Shown piece after piece: positions 19,528-30,400 of a DNA stretch of 64,000 nucleotides. Location: positions 32,001 through 96,000 of IMG/VR virus record IMGVR_UViG_3300020192_000008. The stretch is one strand, 5' to 3'. Under the pieces are notes generated by a model. That model was given only the letters and a program-made list of their open reading frames with translations. It had not been told where the DNA came from and searched no databases. The stretch comes from a virus. The stretch's first letter is position 1. Each line of letters begins with the position of its first letter. The position numbers and the translations under genes were made by a program.

Positions 19528-20443
19528 GGTGTTCCTCGAGGAGGTTCATATCCATCGTGTGGTTGCCCTGCGTCACGTCATCGACGAAGGGCAGCTCAGC
19601 CGTGTCGTTACGAAGGGCGATGGAAGCAAGCTGCTCCCTGAGATCCTCGTCTGGCTTGACGATGGCTTCCAACGTGTCGGTGATCTTGGCGACACCGTTG
19701 GTGTAGTTGATGTACTTTTCCGAATCCTTCGGACCGTTGTTGTACGCCGACTCGAACGCTCTGAGGGCACCGATGTACCTGCCTGCTTCAAGAATCTTGG
19801 CCAAGTCGAGCTTGGAAGGCATCGTCCCAAGACGCATCTGGGACAGCAGGGCTGATAGAGGCGAGAAGGGCAGGTCAGCTGCAGTCCTTCTGGCATCTGT
19901 GTAGAACGCGCGCTTGAGCGAGTCGTGCTGGCTGCGAATGCCCTCTTCAGTGTGGCTGGCTACCTGGTCTACCTCGAACTGCAGAAGAGCTCGCATCTCG
20001 GTAGAGTCGAGCAGGTCCACATCCCAGAAGAAGAACTTGTAGCGGGCTACCTCCTGCTCGGTGCAGGCGAAGCCCTTCTGCCTGGTGAGGGCGTGGGCGA
20101 TAGCAGCAGGCGGGGCCGATGAGAGAATCATCGCCTCGGTGAACTCTTTGATCCTCGGCGACTTGAGGATGCCCATGGCACCCATCACCGACTGGTCTGG
20201 ATGGAAGAGCGTGTAGAGCCCGTTCTTCAGTAGCCACCGCACAGACAAGGGATGGTTCTTGTCGTGCGGGAAGAACTGAGGAGGAGGCTTGAGCTCTCCA
20301 CGCAGACGATCGAGGTACCAGAAGCCCAGACTGGAGATCTGAGCGAACTGGCACATCACGATGATCTGATCGTTCGTGTACTTCTTGCCATGGCAGAGCA
20401 GGTACTTGAGGTACCTCTCTGCCGGCGAGCGCCTGATGATCAC
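19433..20443 (-). CDS. Hypothetical protein, candidate terminase small subunit
   Basis: 336-aa helical protein just upstream of terL, GTG start. Function is inferred from position only. Confidence 0.45.
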   Translation of the reverse strand: MIIRRSPAERYLKYLLCHGKKYTNDQIIVMCQFAQISSLGFWYLDRLRGELKPPPQFFPHDKNHPLSVRWLLKNGLYTLFHPDQSVMGAMGILKSPRIKEFTEAMILSSAPPAAIAHALTRQKGFACTEQEVARYKFFFWDVDLLDSTEMRALLQFEVDQVASHTEEGIRSQHDSLKRAFYTDARRTAADLPFSPLSALLSQMRLGTMPSKLDLAKILEAGRYIGALRAFESAYNNGPKDSEKYINYTNGVAKITDTLEAIVKPDEDLREQLASIALRNDTAELPFVDDVTQGNHTMDMNLLEEHHELPAGADDGDGSEGSPLDGGGAGGEGEDLP

Positions 20444-20450
20444 CTAAGGC

Positions 20451-22628
20451 TAACGCCTGCTGGAACGCCAGCGTCTTGAGACCCTCGATGACATCCTCGA
20501 GGTACTTCACGCACTTCTCGAGAGGGCCCTGGGGGATTTTCGAGAGCCCGAGCCTCGACGACATCAGCAGCTCACAGAGCTTCGCCTGCGTGCTGTTGAT
20601 CTCCGGCAGGTAGGAGACGAACGTGTGGATGTTCTCGGGGTTCACGAAGCCGATGGAGAGGATCGTGTCGACCGAGGTGGGGTCGGGGATGAAGGCCGCC
20701 TCCTTGAAGAGGTTGCGCTTGAGGTCGAAGGCGGGGCTCGAAGCGAGCTTCTCCTGGGACTTCCTGCGCGAGGCCATCTTCACCGACTCGGCAGGCTGGA
20801 TGTGCCGGCCCACCCGGACGTCGACCGGCATGCCATGGGCAATCGCCTGGGCAAGCTTCGTCTGGGCGTAGCCGAGGTCTGTACCCAGGCCACCCAACAG
20901 GAAGAGCGAGTCGTCGAACGACAGGAAGTGCTTCTCGTCAGACGCCAGCTTGTCGATGGGGAAGCCCTCGAACGAGAAGCTGTTGACGCCCCCCGCCCTC
21001 ACGGTCACCGAAGCAAGCTTCCGCTGGGCGTGCGCCACCTTGTTCCCGCCCTCAGGGGCGCTCACCAGGACAACGCTTTCGGCCTTGCCCATGCCCATCC
21101 ACTTGTAGTCCTTGGGCAGGAGGAACGTACCCTCATCAGCCTGGGTGGGCTTCTGGATGTTGGGCTGCAGAGAGACTGTGCACTCGCGACCATCGTAGGT
21201 CTCGACGTGCAGCTTCTGCTCCCCGTCCGTGACCTTCCCCTTGATGGTCATGGGGATGGTCGCCTCTGTCTCGTCACCACTCTGACGAACGAACACGCCG
21301 GTGCCCGTGGGGGAACCGAACATGAGCTCGCCGTTGGTGCTCTGCAGGCTACCGGCGATCTCCGGCTGCACAGCCGCCGCCGACCCGTTCGTGAACAGGG
21401 CGATGGGCAGAACTGTGCCGTCGAGGTCAGTCAGGTTGGGGAATACGAGCCCCATCATCTCGGTGCCCTCCTCGTTCTGCACCTTGTACGTGCCGAACTC
21501 GGTGATGGGCTTGAGGTCTGCCAGCGGGGCGCCTTCACCCACGGCATCGTCAGTGACGGTGACCGAGCCATGCTCATCGGCATCCTGGGCGAGCTTCACC
21601 CCGAAGTGCTTGATGATGTCGCCTCGGCTGACGGAGTGAGCCTCCTTGACCTGCCAGTACTTGTGGTTCGCCTCCTTGACCCGGTAGCCCACGTTCTCCT
21701 TCGAGACCTGGATGACCGAGGGGCGGATGGCGCTCTCCATCGAGGAAGCCACCTTCTCGCTGGTCACCTGGTTGGTGTTCCAGATCTTGTTGATGGAGGG
21801 GAGGGTGGCGTGGGCGTTCTTCACGTACGCCTGTTGAACCCCAACGTCCTTCATCTCGTGGGCGAAGGAAGTAAGGTCGGAGCTCAGTGCTGTCGGAAGG
21901 ATGGCCTCGAGCAGAGAGGCTGACTTCTCCACACCAGTCAGGTCATGACCCGAGGTCTTGAGGTCAGACTCGTTCGGGTCCTTCTTGAAGCCCTTGAGCT
22001 TCTTGGCATCGACACCAAGCACCTTCGACAGGCGCTCTGCGAACTGCGCCTTGTTCTTGTCTTCGGCCGTCTTGGTCTCAACGTGCAGCTGCTCACGCAG
22101 GTAGTACTCGAGATCTGAGCTGGTCTTGCCCATCATCCCGCCGGCGCCACCCATGCCGCTGCCATCCCGGTGGGGCGGGTAGATCTGACTGGCCATCGAC
22201 GTGTCACCTGGCGTCTTGCTGGTGACATCGAAGGTCTGTGGGCGGAAGAGGGCTTCCTTCAGACGCCGCTCGGTGAGGGGAAGAACCTTCGAGTCACCAG
22301 TAACGATGAGGTCGAGGGGCTGAAGCTTCTTGTCCTTGACCACCACCGGGATGCGAACCGACTTCACGCCCACGGCGTCCTTGGCCTGGTCGCTTGCGCC
22401 TTGCTGCAGCTCGGTCTTGTTGGAGATCTCAATGTGGCCGAATGCAAAGCCACGCTCACCATCGATTCGATCCATCACCGTGTGAGGCTCGAAGTCCGAG
22501 ATGAAGGGGATCTGCTTGTACGCTTCCTGCAAGATCTCCTGCGACCACTGGTTCGGGTCTTCAGGAAGAACAGTCTCAGCGGCCGTCTTCTGGATCGGCA
22601 GGATGGAGTCGAGGTAGAGGTTCGTCAT
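20451..22628 (-). CDS. Large virion protein with many KxA motifs (725 aa); ends at TTA
   Basis: Two in-frame TTA codons (20451-20453, 20445-20447) lie just before the next GTG start at 20443. The standard code gives a ~500-nt overlap. Confidence 0.7.
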
Positions 22629-22638
22629 CGTTCTTCTC

Positions 22639-23292
22639 TCAGGTTCCTGTCGCCAGGGTGGCCTTCATGGCTGCCCATGCGGTTGGGCTCTTAGTAACGA
22701 GAATAATACCGGAGCATACCTCGGTAGGGGCAATGCTGTACGGGCCGTAAGAAAGGCCTCCGGTGAAGCTACCGCTGATCGACGAGCCAGCTGAAGACAG
22801 CATTACGTCCTCGAACGAGAGCAAGAACACCGGTCCTGCGCTCAGGCTTGCGGCCAGTTGAGCTGCAAAAGACACGGCCGGAAGCTTCACTGCAAGAGAG
22901 CCCTGGATGAGTGCTTCAAGTCCGCCGATCTGAATGGCAAGAGCTGCAGCCAGGGAAGCCATGGCGGAGATCTGCCCAGTGGCTTCAACAGAGATGGTCG
23001 GGATAGCGCCCGATAGAGCCAGGGCAATCTGAGCTTGTAGAGCTGCGATGCCAGCGAGAGCAATCTGAAACCCGAGGAACGGGTTGGAGATGTTCAAGCC
23101 GATGTCAAAGCTTGCCTGCAGGGCTGCTGAGAGCTGCGCCTGGAAGTTGGCCTGCAGGGCCCCAAGACCCAGTGAGCCAAACAGGGCGAAGTCGATCTGA
23201 GCAAGCAACGGGTTCAGGGCCAGGAGAGATGCCTGGGCTGACACGTTGATGGAGCCCAAGGGGGCAGCGAATATGACGCCGTTGTAAGCCAT
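22639..23292 (-). CDS. Ala/Leu-rich hydrophobic protein, probably baseplate-associated
   Basis: 217 aa with almost no charged residues; follows the spike gene. Confidence 0.5.
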   Translation of the reverse strand: MAYNGVIFAAPLGSINVSAQASLLALNPLLAQIDFALFGSLGLGALQANFQAQLSAALQASFDIGLNISNPFLGFQIALAGIAALQAQIALALSGAIPTISVEATGQISAMASLAAALAIQIGGLEALIQGSLAVKLPAVSFAAQLAASLSAGPVFLLSFEDVMLSSAGSSISGSFTGGLSYGPYSIAPTEVCSGIILVTKSPTAWAAMKATLATGT

Positions 23293-23295
23293 GGT

Positions 23296-24492
23296 TCAAA
23301 CGAGGCACGATGCTTCGCCCGTGAGGATCATCCCGAAGAGAACAAGGGGAGGACTTCCAGGAACGGGTACTGGCGTAAAGGGGAAAGTGAGTTGCACCAA
23401 TGCCCCCTGAGCAGCCACGGGCTTGGAGCCCTTGCCCAGGCGAACAATGCTTCCCTTGACGTGGGCCAGAGCTCCGCCATCGAGAACCATACCGTTCTTG
23501 GCCTTCATCAAGATCTGATTCTCGCTCTCGAGAGTCAGGTCTTCTTTGCTCTTGATGTAGATCTTCTTCTTCGAGGTGAGAGCCACGTTGCCCTGCGCCC
23601 TGAGGAAGACGCCACCAGCCTTGTCGAAGAAGAACCTCATGACAACCTTGTCACGGGTCTTGTTGTCGATGGGGTCCCCTGTGTCTGCGTTGAATCCCTT
23701 GGGGGCTATCACGCACTCAACCACGATCTGCTCCTTACCGATGCTGAGCAAGTCGAGCAGGCCCTGCTCACCACCATCACCCGATGGCTCGATGATGGGG
23801 TCATGAATCTTGCCCACCTTCACCCGAACATCTGCCTCTTCATCATTGGCCAGGATGCGAAAGGTGTGGGTGTACTCGCTGGGTAGGTCCTGGTAAGCCG
23901 GGCCTTCTTGGATGCCCCAAAGAACAGACCCACCGTGGTTGTGGTGGGCATAGTTCTTCGTCATCTGCATCAACGTATCGGTGAGCGGGATGTAGATGCT
24001 CTGGCAGATCTCCGAGCAGCCGATCTGCAATACACCGCCCCGATGAAGGATAACGAAGTTGCCATCCCTCGTACGGAACCAGATGTCACCCGGCTTGGCC
24101 TTGGGCCTACCCCCTGAGAAAGTCGCGCTAGTCGAGCTCTTGTTCGGCTGGTTGTTCGACTGCGTTCCCTTGGGCGCGTCCGGAGCTGCCTGGTCGTTGT
24201 ACTCAACCGGCATGATGAACGAGCTCACGTAAGGGGGTGAGCTGTCGGAGGGGACGGTGACCATGCACTTGGCACCAACCTCGGGGAAGACGTAAGCGCC
24301 CTCCCCGTTGTTGTAGTGCAAGTACATGCTGCCTACTTGGATGCCAGCAAACCTATGCCGGTCGAACTGGCTGATGACATCCACCGTCCAGTTCGCCAGG
24401 TTGACGCCGACGATCTTCCCTTGAAGAACGTACGACTCAACGTTCCCCTCCATGAAGGTGAACGAGGTGCGGAAGCGTTGGATGCCTTGCAT
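23296..24492 (-). CDS. Baseplate central spike (gp5/gpV-like)
   Basis: N-terminal OB-fold-like pattern (PEVGAKCMV), beta-repeat C-terminal half and a tip-like end (RLG..SKPVA..G...G.I.TG). Confidence 0.55.
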   Translation of the reverse strand: MQGIQRFRTSFTFMEGNVESYVLQGKIVGVNLANWTVDVISQFDRHRFAGIQVGSMYLHYNNGEGAYVFPEVGAKCMVTVPSDSSPPYVSSFIMPVEYNDQAAPDAPKGTQSNNQPNKSSTSATFSGGRPKAKPGDIWFRTRDGNFVILHRGGVLQIGCSEICQSIYIPLTDTLMQMTKNYAHHNHGGSVLWGIQEGPAYQDLPSEYTHTFRILANDEEADVRVKVGKIHDPIIEPSGDGGEQGLLDLLSIGKEQIVVECVIAPKGFNADTGDPIDNKTRDKVVMRFFFDKAGGVFLRAQGNVALTSKKKIYIKSKEDLTLESENQILMKAKNGMVLDGGALAHVKGSIVRLGKGSKPVAAQGALVQLTFPFTPVPVPGSPPLVLFGMILTGEASCLV

Positions 24493-27400
24493 CAGTAGCT
24501 GTGCTCCGACACGTTCTCGAGGTGCTTGTAGCCAGGCAGCTTCGACTGGTTCTTGTTCAGACCAAACTCAGCGCCGTAGGCAATCGCGGGGATCGGGTGG
24601 CTGCCGTGCAAGTTGCTCTTCGACCGCATGGCTGCGCCCTCGGCGATGGTGTCGCGGAGGTTGCGGTGCTGCAGCTTCGCCATCCAGTCTTCCTGCAGTT
24701 CGAGGGGCATCATGTTGACGCCCTTCAGAACAGGGGTGTGCTCGATGGGCTTCTTGCCCGCTTTGGCCAGGTCGTTGTTCATCTTCTGCACCATGCTCAG
24801 GGGCTGGAACTCGCCGCGCAGAATGCCCTCTGAGTCCCCAGGATGCACGACCTTCGTGAGGTTTGACATGGCTTTGACGACTACTTCGACATGGCGGCGC
24901 TTGATGCCCTCGTCCTTGTAGAGGGAGTACATCTCGCTTACGAGGTGGTTCTGCACCTTGTCGATGGAGCCAGTGGCCTTGTAGAGGTCGTGCGGGTTGA
25001 GCACGGTTCGGTGGGGGTCGGACAGAGACTGCCCAGCCTCGATGTGGTCACCGATCTTGGGGGGCGCCCAGCTGAGCAGGTTCTCCTGGCCTGGCAGCAG
25101 GTGGTGCAGAGGCATGCCTGTCTGGTCCTTGCCGACATGGTGAGGGCGCTTGCCGACCCACACGTTCACGCCCGTCGCTGTGTTCTCCACCTTCTCCACC
25201 TTGCCCGAGACCATGGCCAGGGAGGCCGCGTTGGGGATCTTCTGGGGGAGCATGGCGAGCTGCTCGAAGCGGCCGAAGCCCGACACAGCGGCTGAGGCAC
25301 CACCGGCGACACCGCCAGTGTGGAACTCCTTCATGGTGAGCTGCACGGCTCGCTCACCGAGCGTGTGGCTTGAGAGCACCCCGATGTTGTCGCCGATGTT
25401 GTGCATGTGGCCAGTTGAAGACAGGCCTACGCACTTCTGGCAGATGCCCTTCTCATGCTCACACCGCAGCGGGCTACGCACCACGATCTTGGCATTCTTA
25501 TCGGCGGCCTTGATCTGCGCGACCTTGTCGGGGGTGAGCAGCTCCCCGGCCTTGATGTGTACGTGCCCAGCCTTGAAGTCGGAAGCCAGCAGGCGATCGT
25601 GTACATCCTTCTCGTTGATGTGCAGAGAGATGCCCCTGGTCGTCCCGCAGTCGGGCTGGGTCACGAGGATGTCCATCGTGTTGTTCTGCAGCAGCTTGGA
25701 CATGTAGCCAGGTTCCTGGGTCTCCTGAACCTTCATGACCGAGCCCCTGCGAGCTCCGTGCATCTGCGTCCAGTACCCGGCCATATCGAGGCCTTCGGAG
25801 TAGCTCTTCGTAACAGGCAGCGGGATGACCCTGTTGTTCGCGTCCGTGAGCAGCATGGGCGCAATCTTCATCTGCTTGTACTGAGCCCACGACGGCTTAG
25901 CCCCAGCCTTGTACATGATGTACAAGTTGTCCATCTTCTTGTCGGCTTCGATCTTGTGGGCGTCGCCGATCTCCTTGTCGGCCTTCATGTAGATGTCAAC
26001 GATACGACGCTCCTTGTCGTTCTTGTTGACCCTACTAGCCCGAACAGCATCCGCCTCCTTGTGAGCGCCGACGAGCACCTTGTCTCGACCGATCTTGTCC
26101 GTCTGGAAGTCGGCAAGAGAGAGCGTGTGCATGCCCGTGGGTACGAAGATGTTCTTCTTCGGATCGTTGATGTTGTGAACACCAACGTTAGGCATGGGCA
26201 CGGTCACCGTGCCGAAAGCCGAGTGGTTGCCCACGTCCTTCAACATGTTGACTGACTTGTCGAACTGATCCTTGTGGTCTTTGCCGAGCTTGGTGAGCAG
26301 TGACTCAAGGCCCTTCTTATCGATACGCATCTCCAGGTTGTGGAGAAGGTCTGCTTGCATGCCGAGCGGCATGGTAGTAGCGAGAAGAACCCGGCCAGCG
26401 GTCGTCTTCTTACCGTTGAGAGAGACCACGTCGTTGTAGTGGAACTTGCCCCCTCGCACGGCGTCAAGGATGTCGCCAGGAGTCTTGAACGTATGGCTCG
26501 TTTCTTTACCAACCATCGAAAGCTTGTAGAGCCCGATGGCCGAGTCGAGGGTGGGGATGAACGCCACCCGCCCCGTGTTCTCCATGAAGATATTGTTCGA
26601 CGGCTTCATGCGGTGCGCTTCGGCAACCGCGTCCCTGTGGATGGGGACGAAGACGCTCATGGTGTCTCCGTCGAAGTCGGCGTTGAACCCACCGCAGACA
26701 AGCGGATGGATCTTGATGGCGTTGCCCTCTACACGCTTAGCCTGAAATCCCTGCACGTTGTACTTGTGAAGGGCGGGGTCACGCTTGAGCAGGATAGGTC
26801 GCTCTTCCATCACGGAGTCGAGGGCCTTGATGACGCTGGGATGATCTTTCTTCGTAAGGAGCTTCTGCGCGTCGAGAGGGTTCGATGCCGCACCCATCTC
26901 CTGAAGCTTCTTGACGATGAAGGGGCGAAACAGATCAAGCGCGTGGTCCTTCGGGAGACCGACCTCATCAAGCCCCAGCGAGGGCTCTGGGACGATGGTC
27001 GAGCGCATGGTCAGGTCCTGCCGCTTCTGGACGACGGACTTCTGGAAGTACCCGTTCTTCGGGGAGGCACCGGAAATCTGATGAAGGAGCCCCTTGTGCT
27101 TTGCCTGAGCGTAGGGGACGTGTATCCCGATGACAGCCTTGACGCCGTCGTAGTAGTTCTGACGAAGCTCCTTCTTCATCTCGTCGGTCAAGTGCCGCGC
27201 CAGCGTCGGGTCCTTGAGCTTATCGTTGACAAGGGCGAACTCCGAGTACAGCTGGTTGATGTCGGCGTACTTGATGTTGCCATCAGCCATCGGGGACGCC
27301 GGCCGAAGGACTGGTGGGATGATGGGCATCTTCGTCATTACGTAGGCTTCTGATGCGCCTACGCCCAACTGATCGAGAGCCCTGAGGTACTTCACCTTCT

Positions 27401-30400
27401 TCAAGACCGGGTCAACCTTGGCCATGGGAACGGAGTTGAGCTCCTTCATCCCGGCGGCCAGGTCCTTCTTCACGTCGACCTTCGAGAGCAGGTGCTGGAT
27501 GGCCCGACCACCGGTGTGGGCTGCGTCCTTGAGCTCGACGATCTTCCCCTGGTGGTTGATGCCCGACTCGCCGTGAACGATGGCGTCGAAGTCCTTCTGG
27601 GTCAGGCCCGTGAGACTGCGGATGGGGGCCTCGAACACTGGGTTCGGCACCGGCTCTGCGAGATCGATGTGGCTCCACTTGATGCCGCCGTGCCCACCGG
27701 TGAGCTTCTCATCAAAGAGACCACCAGGCCTGGGCTTGAGCTCACCGGACTTGTCGACCTTGGCTTCGAGGCGTTCAGCTGGCTTGGGCAGGGCCCTGCC
27801 AGCCGAGAGCTCCATCACATGCTTGTCCGTCAGGGGCGAGAGGATGAGCTCGTGGCCCTTCTTCTCGATGTTCACCCCTGAGCCCTTGAGCATGTCCTCG
27901 AACTTCTTGAAGGCGAAGGTGCTCTTGGGCGTGGGCAGAGGAGCGCCTGTCTGGATGGCGTTCCACACCTGCAGGTGCTGGCTTGGCCACTTCTTGCTCT
28001 CGTTGGTCTGGGGGTCTTCACCCTCCCCCTTCCACGTCTGCATCTCCCGGATGTTCGCCTTCGCCCCGTGGGCAAGCAGGGCGTACATACCGAGTGAACC
28101 GATGCGCTGACCTGAGCCGGGCTGCAGGTTCTGGTCATAGCGGTCACGGTTGGGTTGACCTGGAAGGCCCATGCCCGAAGCCACGGTGACCTTCTTGTCG
28201 ACCTGGTGAACCAGCTTGAGGATGTGCTGGTGACCCGTCATGGCATGCCCCAGTGATTGCCCCGTGACCGGGTCGATGAGCTCCTCGGTGTCGTGCAGGC
28301 CGTGGCTCTTCAGCTCCGCCTGCACCTTCGCCACCATGTCGACGTCCTTCTGAAAGGCCTGAACGACGTAGGGCTTACCCGTCTTGATGGCGATCTTCGA
28401 CGCTGCCGTCTCGAGCAGTTGGCTCACATTCATACGACCAGGCACGCCCGTGGGGTTGAGCGCTACCTCGATGGGCTTGCCATCCTTGCTGTGGGGCATC
28501 TCATGGTCGGGCAGAACCATGGTGACAATGCCCTTGTTGCCGTACCGACCGGCGAGCTTGTCGCCTGACTGCATGGGCTCGTGCGTCTTGACGTGTACCT
28601 GCAGGCCACCCTTGCCATTGGTGACAGAGACAACTTCCCCCTCAACCTCTCCCTCCCAGCGCAGGGACTTGTCGGCATGGCTGCCGGCCAGAGACTTGCG
28701 GATGGCCGAGACACCCGTCCTGTCCTTGAGCTCGAAGGGCTTCATGGCCAGGGCCAGGGGATCTCCAGGGGTGACCTTGGAGCCAACCTTGATGACGCCG
28801 TCGTCACCGAAGTTGACCAGCTGCTCCTTCTTGTAGACCCCGGGGTGTTGGATCTGAAACTTGCGGGTGCTCAGGATGGTGTCGGTGTCGACGGGCACCG
28901 TGTGCTTGTGCAAGTGCATCGAGGCGAGCTTCTTGGAAGCCGTCTCGCTGATGACAACGCCGTCCTCGAAGTTGTACCCCTTGAAGGGGATGAAGGCGAC
29001 GCGCAGGTTTGAGCCAAGCGCGAGAACGCCATCCTTCGAGTAGTTGGTGTCAGCGACTGTCTCGCCCTTCTTCACCTTGTCACCCACCTTCACAAGAGCG
29101 CTCGAGTGGAGCACGCTCTTCGTGTCATTGGTCGGGTAGTGGTTGTAGAGAGGGACGTCGTGCTTGTCGCCGTTCTTGTCCTTGATGACGATGTTGTCAG
29201 CGTGGATTGAATGCACGACACCATCAGCCGTTGCTTGGTGCGAAGCCTGGCTGCCAAGCACGGCCTCGAAGCTCTGAAGGCCTGGCGTGTAGACGCCGGT
29301 GCCCACCTGAACGAGAGGCGCTTCTCGGTTGACGAGGGAGATAGACTGCTCGATGTGGCGGGTGGCCATCGACACGCGGTTGCCCGAGCAGTTGTTCATG
29401 AACGGCACGAGGTTCGATGTCATGTTGAACACCTGGCTCGAGTGCTTCATGACGTAGTGGGCATCCTTGAAGGGGATGGGGCCCATGTCGTTGTCGTCTT
29501 GGGCGGCCTGCACCGTCTTGCTCAGTGGGACCGGCTTGCCGTTCTCCCACTTCACCTGGTCTGCCAGCACCACGCTTGACTTCATGAACAGAGCAGGGGG
29601 GACCAAGTCCATCTTGCCCGTCTTGAGGTTGTACAGGGGGACAACAGGATCGTTACCCAGCTTCCGTACACCGAGAGGCAAGCGCAACGTCACGCCAGTC
29701 TTCGAGCCTTCGGGCGTGTTCACGGGATCGAGAAAGCCGAAGTGGCTCTTGTTGAGCATCTTCGCTTCGTTGGTGACAGCCTGCTCACTCTGGATGCCGC
29801 CCGAACCCATGATGGTAGTCTGCATTGCAGAGCTCATCATCTCGACCGGGTTGATCTGAGAAGCCACACGAGCTGCAGAGTTCTTGTGGAACGACTGCTT
29901 GATCGGCTCGTTGAACATCTCGAGCTTTACGATCTCCCTGATGTCGCTCTTCGAGTTGATGTTCCTCGATGCCTTCATGGCGATGGTTCGACCAGCCGCC
30001 TTGATCTTGTCGTGGGCGAAGTCTCCAGCTGAACGCAGGTCCTTGAAGATGAGGCTGTCCCGGTCATCCTCTGGGTGACCCGCCTGCACCTTGAGCATCT
30101 TCTGCGTCGCCAGGTGCAAGGCCTCACCACTCACGTGATCGATGGGCTTGCCCAGCGTGACGGACGTAGCGTCAGTACGCATCTTCGAGTTCTGCATCGC
30201 CTCGAAGAAGTGCGTCTCAGCAACCTCCTTCGAGATAGGTGCCTCTTTGCGGTCTGACTTGTAGAAGCGCTCGAGCGTACCGGCGGCACCACGGGCATTC
30301 TTGTTGGCCGCGAAGATCTCTTTGCCCCAGCTCTTCTCGAGATCGTCGTCAGAGATGCCCATCGTCTTGATGAGCGGATAGAGCGGCAGTTTGCTCTTGT

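Noticed and set aside
15968-20450. Standard-code C-terminal extensions of TerL (15968-16207) and the 893-aa ORF (19947-20450) as real overlapping genes
   Set aside because: Both begin exactly at an in-frame TTA and read as the shadow of the neighbouring gene.
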